A stretch of DNA of 46,561 nucleotides from Nemertoderma westbladi (Eukaryota > Animalia > Xenacoelomorpha), in assembly GCA_032718475.1 (NCBI GenBank), contig JAUCBJ010007548.1, positions 1 through 46,561 on the forward strand. Direction: 5' to 3'. Positions 24,224 through 36,509 of this stretch are shown in pieces (within the stretch, counting starts at the first letter, position 1; every line of letters begins with the position of its first letter). The notes beneath the pieces are model-generated. The model was not told the DNA's origin. It was given only the letters and a program-made list of their open reading frames with translations, and did not search any database. The position numbers and the translations under genes were made by a program.

Positions 24224-25856
24224 GTCGCGAAAACTTTTATCATACTGTATAATCGACATGCATATTGCAGATGCATTAATTAATAAAGCTGTGTGGCGGC
24301 TTATCGACAAAATTGCTCCGCCACAACTCACTAATACCATATATTTTCGAGAGATTATTTCTATTTTCAAGGCCAATGTCCTTTAAGAGACGTCTCAAGT
24401 AAGCCATGGGCAGGGCAGCCCAGTGCAACTTTTCTCCCCATGAGACTGCCAATGCCAAGGGACCAGGTTGGGCTGGTCCTCACGGTTTTATTATTTTAAC
24501 TCTCACCCATAATTCAATTCAATTAATAAATTTCCAAAATTTTCTTTAATAATAAATGGGTCAGCAGGGGAGGAGCAGGTAGTCCCGAAACTAGGAATTC
24601 CTTTTCGATGACGTTTGAGGCCAGGCTCTCTGATGGAATGGCTCCCTGAGGCTCTACAGAGTGCGTAAGAGCTTCCGCTGGGTGACAGGGACAGTGGGAT
24701 GAGCGCCGGTTGTAGGTGCTGATTGTCTAAAGTGAAAAAATACTTAAAAACTTTATTTTGTTCATAACCGGTTTGTCCAACCCTGGCAGTCCACCCACCT
24801 TCACTGTCACCTTCACGGGATTAAAGACAAACTTCACATATTATATTATATTATATTATGTAGGTTACTTCAACCCTTCCGCATCCTCTAACCAATTAAA
24901 TTATTTTATTGATTTGTAAGGCTTCTTAAAACATTGTAAACATATTCCGCAGTTACGTTTCGATGCGCTAAACGTTGGAGGAGGTCGATGTGATAATCTT
25001 AACATTGTGGTGTTACTGTATTTTCGTGGAATGTAACTCATTGATCTCAACCCCCATGATCTGCACATTACATAAGCAATATACATAACTGTAGGCCTGG
25101 GTTCTCAGTATTATTATATACGAATTCTGTAACATGTCAGTAGGCCTACAGTAGATGGTGGTAGTGATGCAAATCTACTTTATTGTTGGTCTAATTCATT
25201 ATAGTCCGGCAGCCACGTACCGAAAAAAAAACGTACGCTTTGGACTAACCGAAAATTTTTGGACGGATTACATTTTTTGGATGTTTTGGTGTCTAGGGGT
25301 CCCCCTTAACATAAAAAAGTGATTTATGGACTTTGACACCTTGGGCAATTTTTATTAATGACCCGTTTCTATGGACTACAGTAATTTCTATGAAAGCTTA
25401 GCGATCAGAATGGCGATTAACTGTTGGGCTTGAACTGGTTGTAATATTGATCGAAAATATGAAAATTTTAGAGAAACTATTGAAGTGTTGCTATGGTAAC
25501 GAAGGCACTACAGCTATCGCTCTATCTTTCCAAATGAAAAACTACTATGCCTACTGACACTCATGTGTTTTTTGCACTTTATTAATAATATGTTTCCCTA
25601 ATTAATATGCACCACATCAATTTTGTGTAGAAGTAGGCCTATGGTTAGCAACAAATACCCGTATTCATGGAAACCACAGTAATTTATTGCGGACATCACA
25701 TCTGAAGCATTTAAAACCATGACAGAACATTATTACCTTAAAAGTTAAAATGTATATATAAATAATTTGTCTCCTGCTTGTTTATAACACTTTTTTAATG
25801 CTAAATATACCTAATTTATTTAATGCATGGCGAATATGGAGACTATGCATTTTATA

Positions 25857-26240
25857 TTATTCATTGTTGATTATAATACAATAGGAAATTACTAATAGTT
25901 TGCGCATCTTTAGTGCAGTTGCAAAATTCTGTGAAATCAGGTTGGTTTTTTCTGCAGGTGCACTTCTGCGATTTACATGGGATTTCGGATGAACTGAACA
26001 GTTACACCGAATTAATTCCGGAGCTGGTGGTATGCCTTCAGGGATTACAATCGGGGAAGGTTGATTGTTAGCTATTCTCCACCCATATTTTCTGGGGTCT
26101 ATACTAGGTGGTCTAACTGTGTTCTCCATTGTGTTCTTCCACACCATTACTTTCAAATGGGCCCTTTTCACGTTCTCTGAGAAGGAGTCAGTGGTATTGT
26201 TTGCAGCTTTGCACAGCTGGTAATTTTTTTTTCTGTGCAC
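25857..26240 (-). pseudogene. C-terminal relic of an Academ-like transposase (Cys-rich tail)
   Basis: TDSFSENVKRAHLKVMVWK...PSIDPRKYGW...PPAPELIRCNCS resembles the recalled C-terminus of AcademX proteins; lies inside the TIRs. Confidence 0.65.
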
Positions 26241-26257
26241 ACCTTTTGTCTTTGTTT

Positions 26258-26365
26258 TTTAATCGACTCCGTCGCCATCATTCTAGGTTTAATAGACTCC
26301 GTCGCCATCGTTCCGGGTTCAATAGACTCCGTCGCTATCGTTCCGATTTAATAGACTCGTCGCTC
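26258..26365. repeat. ~30-bp tandem repeat, about 3.5 copies
   Basis: TTAATAGACTCCGTCGCCATCGTTCCGGGT-like units. Confidence 0.8.
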
Positions 26366-28027
26366 CGATAGTAATCTGTTGTTGAACTACCTCCTAATGC
26401 TGAATGTAGAATGCGTAATCCCCTATCGTTCAGTGTTGGTTTAGGGTACCAGTCCGGTTCTGGGTTCCTTCAACCTGTCAACCGTGCACCAGACCAATAC
26501 TGCTGTACACTGATTTCATCCAAGCCGCCATTGGTCAACAGCTAACACCTAACAACCAACCAGCAGAGAGTATTTGGTATTAAATTACTTTTAAGGTCGA
26601 AAATGGGGCGAAATTATCGGATTTTATTAATTAAAAAATGTAAAGGGTGTCTTCTAATAATACAGATCTCACTGGAAAGCGAGATTTTGCAGATTGTTTG
26701 ATAAATTCGATATTTTCGTTGATCATTTCGTCTTTTTCGTTATTTTCGGGTTTTATAACTATCTGCGAAAATGCGCATAGCGCGCATGTTCTGTGGAAAC
26801 TTTTTCCCAGATAACATCTTCGAAACACCGCCAAAATACACACGGTACACTTCAGAGAGGCCGGTTTCAACCATTAAACTCCCTATGGATCCAATGAAAC
26901 TCATTAATGTATGCATCCCCCCTAATGTAAGTCCACCGTACTGAACAGGAAAATACCAAATTACACAGTGACATCTTTGAGGAATTCACTGTCAATACAT
27001 TTAGCTCGATGTAGACTAATAGCAGACCCCGCCAAAACTTTTAATGGCAAGGCATTACCGGGTTTGAAATACTAGTATTCCAAAACTCTTCGGTTTACCA
27101 TTGTGGCTGCCGGACTATTACTTTTCTCAGTTTGTATAGGCCTATAATACAGTAGATACATAGATGTCCAGGAACAAGTAAATGACTGATGTGTTATCGT
27201 GCTAGCACTAACATACTGTAACTACGATAAAAAAATATTATATTGTTCCTGAATTTTGGGTATCGGTATTTATTAAATAGAATAAAATATATTCGCGTAG
27301 ATTTAAAACCATGCAACTTTCGAACGCCCATTATCTCAGCTATTTATAACGAAATTCATCATATTATTTTATTATCTTGGGGGTGGAACATGTACTAGAA
27401 TAACGACACTATATTCAAGGACAAGGTGTAAATTTATGAGAATAATTCATATTTTCGTTTACGAGTAATACTATTTTTTTCTAAGTTGCTATGGAAACTA
27501 GTGAGAGAAACTCAATGGAAACTCAAAGCTAAACTCTATAGTGAATTTCGTGAGAATATTGACAAAAGTGATACTTTTCAAAATTTGTATCGAATAACAT
27601 TTTAGTAATTTTAGTGAATAAAACTTGTGCGTGATATTCTCACGCACAAGCAGAACTGTGACAATGATAATGATACCAAGGCCACTGGCAGTGACTGTAT
27701 AGTGTAGAGTAATTATTAGCAGGCATAATTATTGGTTTCCTACACGAATATGGAAAACGGCCCTTCGGCCCTTGTATAAATTAAAACCTTTCGCTGTTTG
27801 CTCACAGTTGGAACTCACCCCTCACACCTTTAAAAGTCCAACCACACCTCTATCAATACCCATTACATGAAGGCAATTCAATAACATAACAATTCTCACA
27901 ACTTATGCGATGTTCCTACGTATTTACTGCAACAAACTGCAGGATTGATCAATAGTGATCCAATTAATTTTGGTCAAATTGAAAGGGTCACACTGCCAGC
28001 CAGGTTGGACCGGTATCATACAGTATA

Positions 28028-28657
28028 ATGTTCCTCATCTTTCTTGTTTCACTACACTTGACCTTCGTCTGGGGCTTTACATGTCCATGGGGTCAAAATT
28101 GGACCATGTCCTCTGAAAACGGAGATCTTCAGAAATATATCGAAGATTTGGCGACAATATATTCTGAGAGTAACGAGCTCTTTAAAGTTTCTCATAATAA
28201 AACCGATTGTCATCTCGCCTGTCGAACGTTCGAATTCAGATCGAGGGGATACTCGTCAGAGTACGATGCCGAAATCTCTATGGAATACGTAGAGTGGCGT
28301 TGCGACGACGAAATCGGGTGTGTACCTCTCATAGAGGACGCCTGCTATTACATGTGGAACGTTGTACTCCCACAGAATGATGTGAGGGAAGTAGATCGAG
28401 AAATGTATGGAAGAATATCGGTTGTGAAAGCAATACAAACCGACCTTACAGATATAGTTGACGAGTGTCAACTCGACTGCTGCGATGGTGCTTGCCCTCG
28501 CGCACAATGGAAAAGTGACGACATAACTACCACGGTAGAGACAACGGTGGTTTACACTTCCTCTACAATAACGGATAGCGGAACAGATGACGTCACAGCA
28601 ATGTCGACCCTCGTGACTGTGGTGTTTCTATTCGTAACATTTTTGGGACGAATGTAG
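28028..28657 (+). CDS. Intronless secreted, probably GPI-anchored Cys-rich protein; divergent Ly6/uPAR (three-finger)-like, 209 aa
   Basis: Hydrophobic signal peptide (MFLIFLVSLHLTFVWG); 10 Cys from FTC to CQLDCCDGAC; Thr/Ser-rich stalk; C-terminal hydrophobic tail without a cytoplasmic domain; N-glycosylation sequons NWT and NKT. Confidence 0.75.
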   Translation: MFLIFLVSLHLTFVWGFTCPWGQNWTMSSENGDLQKYIEDLATIYSESNELFKVSHNKTDCHLACRTFEFRSRGYSSEYDAEISMEYVEWRCDDEIGCVPLIEDACYYMWNVVLPQNDVREVDREMYGRISVVKAIQTDLTDIVDECQLDCCDGACPRAQWKSDDITTTVETTVVYTSSTITDSGTDDVTAMSTLVTVVFLFVTFLGRM

Positions 28658-29339
28658 AGATATACAGTATAACTAAAACAAGCTGGCAAGCCTGGAAGGT
28701 TCACGGTCCTCCTACTTAATCAGTACAATAATAATACGTTTTCGTTCGGGTAGGCCTATGTTTCCTTTTCACTTGTTCCCATCGTAGGCGACCTCATGCT
28801 CATCCCACCACGACCACGACCACCAGTTACGAGTTGGGTAGGCGTCTACCGGCAACCGGTAAGTAATTACGCGCCACACGACGTCATCCCGCCATCCGCC
28901 AACATTTATACCGGTACGGTAAGCCTACCACCTACCGGCTGGCTACCATCGCACCGTAGGTCTACCGCCTACGCCTACCGGTCAACCGGTAACGGTAGGC
29001 TACCGCGTACCGGTACAGCGGTACTCAAAGTCGTACCGGTATTGTCGTAATTGACAAATGCAGGATTAAACCGTTACCCGTTCCAGTACCAGTACCCTAT
29101 GCATCTGAACGACTGGACGGTTAATCTCATAGCATAGCTGCATAGGCCTACTGGTAGTCAGTGCGAAGTCGCCTGCGAACATGGCGAAATATTATATTTA
29201 CTGCTAGGGCTAGGCTAGGACCTACTGCTGTACTGACCTATGACAGTATGAAGATAGGCAGATAGGCCTACAGTGGTCAGGTAGTACCGGTCCGGTATGC
29301 CTACTACAGGCAGACAATCAGACAGTACTAGCAGTGCTA

Positions 29340-29712
29340 ATTAATTACCTTAATTAAATCTTCAATTAGGTCATAATGTAGGTCCAAATTTAAAAATCGG
29401 CCTCCGTTAATCGATTTACAAATAATTCAGGTACCTCCATGCCAAATATCAGAATCATTCATTGCGTTCCCTATGACAAGATAGCTTTTTCCTAAACCAT
29501 GCGAAAACACGCAAATATAGCGCTCACATCGCACAAATACCATCTCGACACCCAATTTTTTGTATGAGCCTTCGCCATCCCTATATCTAACTTTTGTCCA
29601 AATTTTGTTTCGATTGATTAATAAATAACTGAGATATCGCTCTGGACACACACACACACACACACACACACTAACACACACACACACACACATTACGGTA
29701 ATAATGGTCACC
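29340..29712 (-). mobile_element. DINE-1/Helentron-like non-autonomous element containing a (CA)n microsatellite (29646-29691)
   Basis: On the minus strand the GT-microsatellite is followed by ..GATATCTC..ATCGAAACAAAATTTG, a layout typical of DINE/HINE elements. Boundaries approximate. Confidence 0.45.
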
Positions 29713-30024
29713 TATGTCAAGGACCGATACCGTGAACCAATACTGTACTATTGTTGGAAGGAAATAAAAATCACTACGGTGAAGGGTGGTGCATTCGGGT
29801 ACAACCAATAACCAATAAACTATTATGTGAGGTGTTGTAGGCCTAATCATTAGTCAACATTTCTAAAAAGACAATTTTCTTTAAAATATCCCCTTTATTG
29901 TTCGCATAAGTGCGGACAATAAAGACTTTAATCTCCGCATTTGCGGACTATAAAGTAATTATCCAATCAATCTACCAGAAATGCGGATAATAAAATATTT
30001 ATCCAATCAACAATCTGAAAGAAA

Positions 30025-30330
30025 AGCCCCGTTCACATCCAACGGTGCGTGAGCGGTAAAGTAGTCTGGCGCTATTGAAGCGGTAAGCCAGCGGTACACT
30101 ACCCGAAGCCCGTTCACACCCAACGGTATACCATTGCGGTAACTGATTGTCTGTCTATCTGTGAATTCAACAGGCAATTACATGAATTGTTTTAACATTG
30201 TTTAAATGGGCTGCGGTACACCGCGCGGTTTAGCGCACAACTACCTGTTGGGTCGTTCACATTCAGCGGTGTACCGCTGGCCCTGCGGTACACCGCGCGG
30301 TGTACCGTTCCGTTGGATGTGAACGGGCCT
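30025..30330. mobile_element. MITE, PIF/Harbinger-like
   Basis: TIR AG(G/C)CCCGTTCACATCCAACGG at both ends with internal GTTCACA/GCGGTA repeats; the TSD is not clean. Confidence 0.65.
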
Positions 30331-30429
30331 TTAAATCTGTTGATTTTGCCTTATTTATTCTAGTTGAGTAAAGTACATACGTTGGTAATTTTTATAATTT
30401 AAAATTGTTTTAACATCCATTCTTTAAAC

Positions 30430-30594
30430 TAAGATCTTCGGAATTTAGCGATACATTTGGATGAAGCGAGCAGCATTGTGAAGTAATGCTCTAACGGGAG
30501 ACCTGAGTTCGACTCCCAGTGGCGCTGTAATCAGTTTTTTGCGATTTATGTTGCTCGCTTCATCCAAATGTCTCGCTAAATTCCGAAAATCTTA
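30430..30594 (+). repeat. 47-bp inverted repeat enclosing a pol III B-box/tRNA-like fragment
   Basis: Arms 30430-30476 and 30548-30594 (3 mismatches); the loop contains GAGTTCGACTCCC. Confidence 0.75.
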
Positions 30595-31208
30595 ATTCTT
30601 ATAATTATTAATAAATTTACCATTAAAATGTTTAGTTGTAGGATCTTTTGCTCCAATAGCTAGTTTAATCAAATTTTTGCTTTGATTATTTTATTAATGT
30701 TCTGGAATATCACCTTCACTCACAAAGTATAGCTACTGTAGTATATAGTATCTAGTATTATTTAAATGTACGACAGTGTAGAATTGACCTCAAATTGCGA
30801 TAACTTTGTTACGTTAAACTTATAATGCAAATGTGAAAATAAACTATCAGTTTGATATTTTACAGGAATGTAAAGACTGTATTAAAGATGATATATAATT
30901 AGGAGAGCGCTTACACAGTCGAAATTTAAAGTTTACTTAGAATTTAATCCGGATATTAGTGCAGTGTACACCCGGTATACAATTATATTAAAGTTAATAA
31001 ATTCATCTGTGCCACATATTCATTGAGAGTTAATTTTACGAGATTTAGACTGAGTTCGTACCGTTTAAAAACCGAGCTGGGACGCTGGTCTCGCATTCCC
31101 AGAGAGCAGCTCTATTCCTATAGCGGTGGCTAAGTTCAGTCAGAAGCTCATATGTACTTTTATATCGTCCGTTAACCGATCATGTCAGGGTAATTTTTAA
31201 CGCGTTAA

Positions 31209-31951
31209 GGGGGGGGGGGGGGGGGGGGGGGTAAACCATTTTGGTTCAAAATATGTCGAAATTATTTCTATGATCTACAGTATTATAATGCGCGATTAAA
31301 TGGTGTTTCCAAATCTGAAAACCGCTATTTAATAGCACTACTTTTAGTTTTCAAGTTATAACAATTGAAATTAAGGGAAACCTATTAACATTACTATCAC
31401 TATATATAATGAAAGGTCGATTATCTCCAAATATTTTTTTTATTAAATTATTAACTTTAAAACCCTACTACTTCTACAATTTTTGAGCAATTAGTCTGAA
31501 ACTTTCTGTGGGTGTCTACATAGCCACCCTGCATAAAAGTATCAGACAACTTTTCGAAATTTTTTGTTAATAATATTTAATACTATTTAAAACAAACCTA
31601 AACAATTTGTATAAATTTGCAGCGCCACCTAGCGGTGCAGAATTATTTTCACCAAATTTCGCCTGATAGTTATTATGTTGCCCCATCCTTGATCTATCAT
31701 ATAAAAAACTTTCATGTAATTAGAAAAACTGTAAAAGCCTTAGGGTTTTAAGCGCAACCAAGTTTTTTTTTATTGTTAACTAGTATTAACTAATATTAAA
31801 TAGCGAAAATAAAATTGTTCTGACCTGTCATGTAGAATAGCATCTTAGGTACTTATATTCAAAATTTTAGCCAAAACCAAACAATTTTGAAACGCTGAGA
31901 GTGGTAAATCGAAGAGTCGTCCGAAAATGGTGTACCCCCCCCCCCCCCCCC
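31209..31951. mobile_element. Non-autonomous Kolobok-like DNA transposon
   Basis: TTAA on both sides; termini poly-G+TA(A/C)ACCATTTT and AAAATGGTGTA+poly-C. Confidence 0.75.
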
Positions 31952-32281
31952 TTAATTATCACAGTCTATATGATTTCATGCAGTTAAGGGCGGATATGGG
32001 TCTACTATCATTGTGTAGAGTTATCTGCGATTTTTGAGGTATTTTAATAATACAGAAAATGTTTGTTAATTGTTTATCTATCAAGTATCTATGGACATAA
32101 TATTGGGTTTTACAATGTTAATGATTTTTGGTATATTTGTTTATTTATTTACCGTGATTTGGATATACTGTATGTGTTTCTTATTATGAATGTGATGAGT
32201 GTATTTAATTTGTGTATATCAATATTATTAATTTATGTCAATAAACTACTACTACTACTAATATATACAGTATATAAGAAT

Positions 32282-32560
32282 AAAGTAAAAGTAAAAAGTA
32301 AATTTTTTTCGGCCGTTAGGCCAGGGATTACGCACAAAGTCTGACGACTTATTTCCAGTGCGGTCCCCCCAGAACTTTACTCCCCAGATGAAACTCTAGT
32401 ACTCATTTAGCTACCACTCAAGGATGCAAGGCAGAGATGCGCCCTGGCTGGTCCCTTTAAAGCATTCGTGCCGAAACGAAAACTGCCCTGGCCCATGTGA
32501 GGATCGAACCCACGACCTTTGGGAGATGTGAATTCAATGCAACCACTACACCAAGGTGGA
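32282..32560 (-). mobile_element. tRNA-derived SINE
   Basis: Minus-strand A box TGGTGTAGTGG, B box GGTTCGATCC, and (TTTTAC)n 3' tail. Confidence 0.7.
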
Positions 32561-33278
32561 ACCTAATGAACAGAATGATGTGCCGGTTTGTCGACAAAAT
32601 TGCACCGCCACAACTCCGTATCAACCATGACATTTTCTAGATTATCCCGCACATCCCATTACTGGGTAAATTCTCTCACGCTGTAACCTTGATATTCAAA
32701 AGCGCACGTTATCAGTTACTAATTTAGGCCTACATCATATTTGAGTACTGGTGCGAGGTTTAGGCCACTTATTACAATCATAAAATGCGACATAAAGGGT
32801 CGCCCGCCATAGGAACTAATCTTCCAGATTTTCCACTTATTGAACAAACAAAGCCAGAATCTATCTGAAACAACATCGCTACTGGGTTAGGGTTGGGGTG
32901 TGTTAAGATTAAAAAGTATACTAACTTGTGGACCATGGGCTGAGCGGATATACTGTATGTCCTTCCACATTGTGTGTGGGCATTAGTTGGACGAATTGAG
33001 AATACAAAATGTTACTATCTGGAATTACTTATTTGCAAACTGATTACAATATTTGACATTTGAACATCAGGAATATAAATGAATATTATATTGGTGTTCG
33101 AATCGTATATCAGGAAAATAAAATAAACTGTGTGTTTCAACCACTACTACGATTATGGAATTATGTGGATCAGTAATAAAATCGAAATACTTAATTATCC
33201 ATTAAGACGAACTTGTACTTTCCTTTGAGTGATTAGTTGGCCTAAATATGATCTCCCACTCCACAGCGAAATATTCAT

Positions 33279-33363
33279 CCGGTCTGGTAGCTCAGTACAG
33301 TCACCCGGCTGATGATCCGAAGTTTGAAACCTAGGTACCGGGTTCGAGCCCCAATAGGGCCGG
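33279..33363 (+). mobile_element. tRNA-like pol III unit (A box TAGCTCAGT, B box GGTTCGAGCC) inside an imperfect inverted repeat (33259-33384)
   Basis: Boxes at 33288 and 33341; CCGGTC and GGCCGG close an acceptor-like stem; the flanks are reverse-complementary. Confidence 0.65.
33303..33343 (+). ncRNA. Minimal type I hammerhead ribozyme motif
   Basis: ACCCGG-CTGATGA-tccgaagttt-GAAA-CCTAGG-TA-CCGGGT: perfect 6-bp stem I, full catalytic core, palindromic stem III, GUA cleavage triplet; stem II is weak or absent. Confidence 0.7.
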
Positions 33364-34179
33364 TTGATATTTTTCGCTATGGAGAGCATTATCATATTGT
33401 CCTATCTACATTATATATTTAATTCACCGTCACTCACCCCACAACAATTCATTTATTATTATTAATTATCCATTCAGTATTTTACCACCAAACTTATTAT
33501 AGCTTGGTATTTAGCCTATAATGGTATTGGGGCCCTGGGAGTGCTCAACTAGCAAACACTAATTCATTCCCACAGTATCTAACACGTTAGTGGGGCCTTC
33601 GCGCAACACGAAGTTCAGTTATGGAGATACAAATAACAATTTGAGAAATTCCATCACAAAATCTTTATTTAAGAAATTTAACCAAACCCCCCCTCTTATC
33701 TGCACCACCCCAACCCAAAGGCGCACCAAGGATTGATAAAAGGCAGGTATTAACAAAAATTTTGTGTTTTAAAAGTAATATATTTAATATATTTTAGGCG
33801 TGGAGGCGACCCAATTTATTTGAAATATTAAAACTTACCCGCGATTCAACATGTTTCTTTCCTTCTTTTGTTACCAACATCGACGGGAAAATTTAATAAT
33901 TTTTGGTCACTGTCTGAAATTCCAGAAACGAGTCGTCTGACAGTTTGAAGAAAAACAGACATGAAAAGACATTAAACGGACATAAAATGTCTCATTTGAA
34001 AATTTAACGGATGAAAGAGTAAACAAAAGTGGTCAAAATTAAATAATACGATCAAAAAATGTAATTCCCTTTCCAAAGCAGTACTATATCATAATAACAT
34101 TACCTTAACCTGGCCTACTGTGTTTGGCTTAGGACTTTATATTTGAATGACTAACCTAAACAAAGAAATTCAATGATCA

Positions 34180-34440
34180 AAAGTTTGCGGCTATAAGCCA
34201 CATAATTAATTTACAGAATAATTTCCTGATTCTAGATTTTTTGGAAGCTTGTGGGATGTAAGACACTTCTGTGGACAATCTGACAGGCAGACAGACAGAC
34301 AGACAGATAAGTTTTTGAAAAGCATGATAACAGATACCAGAAATGAAATCAGCAACCTCGAAAACCCCCGTAGCGAAAATTTCAGCTCTGTGCTTCTTAA
34401 TTAACATACATATATTACACATGTGATTATTACATATTGA
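34180..34440 (-). mobile_element. Second DINE-1/Helentron-like fragment with an (ACAG)n tract
   Basis: CAGACAGACAGACAG followed by GAAATCAGCAACCTCGAAAACCCC; boundaries uncertain. Confidence 0.35.
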
Positions 34441-35852
34441 CAGAATAATAGAGAGAACATTTTGAGCTGAAGGTTCAAACTTTAAACCCATTTTACGCGG
34501 AATTATTTTTTCTCGTTTTTGCTCCACTCAAAATACTACTCCGTCATTTTTTCATCAAGTGATTCACAGAATGATCTAGAGATGTTGAGCAATAAAACTT
34601 CTAGACAGAATTTTGAATTTTTGAATTTAAGTAGTGTTTTGGGCCGATAATTAAAAAAAAAATAAAAAAATACATATTTTTTTAAATAAAAAATACACTT
34701 CCGGTCAAAATTTCAAAAATCTGTCTAGAAATAATCTGTAAAGCAGCCCCCACTGATGCCCCTTGCCAAATTTGAATTTTACTTGACTTAAATTCTAGGA
34801 GCCTTAGCATTTAGAATGAAAATCAGATAAAATTTGAATAAAATTGGAGGGAAATACAAATTTGAAGTTTTTTTCAAAAATCGTTATAAGAATTAACTAA
34901 TACTCATATGTATTTATAATTTCAGTGTATTTTTGCAATATAAACTCATTTAAACGTGTCTCCAAAAGGTGAACCAAAAGCCACATTGAGATCAATATTT
35001 CGAAGAAAATGCTATATTCTAGCACACTAACTTAAAAAATACTTGAATTTTCATAAATGTTTTCTTATAAATACACAACAGTATGTGGATAATACAATAA
35101 CGATCACACAGGATGTTAAAAACTTTGACATCGATTATCTCTAATTGAACTTTTGTGGCTTAACACCCTTTTGCATAACGTCCATATAATATCCGACTCA
35201 ACCAAAAGTCACATTTTTTCGATGTTGTGAAACATGATATCTGCACTGAGCGGCGCCGCTATAAGGTGCTGTTGTGCTACTGTACTTAATAAAGCCATCA
35301 ACAAACTGTTAACAAATCTCCCTCCCGACCAAGCTAAAAGGCTCCTTCCTATCCTATCCTACCTCCTACCTATCCAATTCGATACAATAACAAAGTGCAG
35401 TTCCACAGATTTTAGCCAATGGAATTCAAATGGCTTTGGACTTCGCTATAGATGTGATAAGTTCTTTAATTTTTAGTTTCGTTTTCACAAATTCACCAAC
35501 ATAAGTTAAATAAAATATCTACCGAGATTTATATCATATCCTTTTTATTTTTGTGGTTAATTTATTTGTATTGCAGTTAGTTTCTTTCTAAATAACACCT
35601 TAAACTTTTATGTTAATTAATTAATTAAGACACAAATACCGGCTGTATAGAAGATGTCCACAGGTATTATTGGTTTATTGGCCATCTGGTATTCCTGGTA
35701 TGTTATTACATATCAGACTTTTATGGTACATGGTCATTGGAATTATACCTCGGATTTTTAGTAGGCCTACATATATTAGAAGATTATCCTGGGTTAAAGA
35801 CGGCCAATTACTGTAGGGTTGTGCACAGTGGCAGCATATCGTATTGATACGG

Positions 35853-36110
35853 TGGCCCATAACGGCCACCGCTCCTCTCACACGAGTGGATACAGCGCCT
35901 GACTGCTTTCACAATAGTGTTTGCGGCGCAGGTTCAAATCCGACTTAAGGCTGTAGAAATTTCGCAACGTGGTGTTACTAGGCAAGACACTTTAGACTTA
36001 GTGCTGCGCCAACCCAGCAGTATAATGGGAACCTGGCTTTGCTGGGGGAAAAATAATGCAGGCGCTCTGATAGAGGCTATGTGGCCCCTAAGGGTGCCTG
36101 AAATAACAAA
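35853..36110 (+). mobile_element. tRNA-derived SINE-like repeat with a CORE/Meta-like body
   Basis: B box GGTTCAAATCC at 35931, followed by GGCAAGACACTTTA and ACCCAGCAGTATAATGGGAACC; an inverted second copy lies at 36510-36770. Confidence 0.65.
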
Positions 36111-36509
36111 TATAAATGTTACATTTATTTTTATTTATAGTGAGTGTATACATCATTTCATTATCTTAGGTTAATTCAATATGTCGATGTATCTTAAGAT
36201 TTGGTATAGGTGAGTAAAAAATATCAATGAAAGTATATTAAATATTTGAGAATTAAATTAGTGTTGTTAAAAATTACAGTAATAACATAGATCCAGATAC
36301 CTTGGTATTAATAGTTTAGCTAATAATAAACCAATATCCGCCAATAGTTAGTAAGTATATGGATGGGATATAAATTAAAAAGTAACGAACAAACAATTAA
36401 AAGCAATTAAAAATCGCACCACCAAGGAATAGCAAGAATGCCACCACCAAATCAATAATTGTCTGGTAAGTCAGACCCACGCTAATTGTTTAGTTTTATT
36501 AGATTAATA

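Larger units (their letters stand above)
25202..27117. mobile_element. Internally deleted Academ-type DNA transposon
   Basis: Perfect 15-bp TIR TAGTCCGGCAGCCAC (TAG...CTA ends); 3-bp TSD TTA at 25199-201 and 27118-20; internal coding relic. Confidence 0.8.

Noticed and set aside
24289-24360. Similarity to 32578-32645 as a conserved regulatory element
   Set aside because: A short diverged match that is most simply a fragment of a dispersed repeat.
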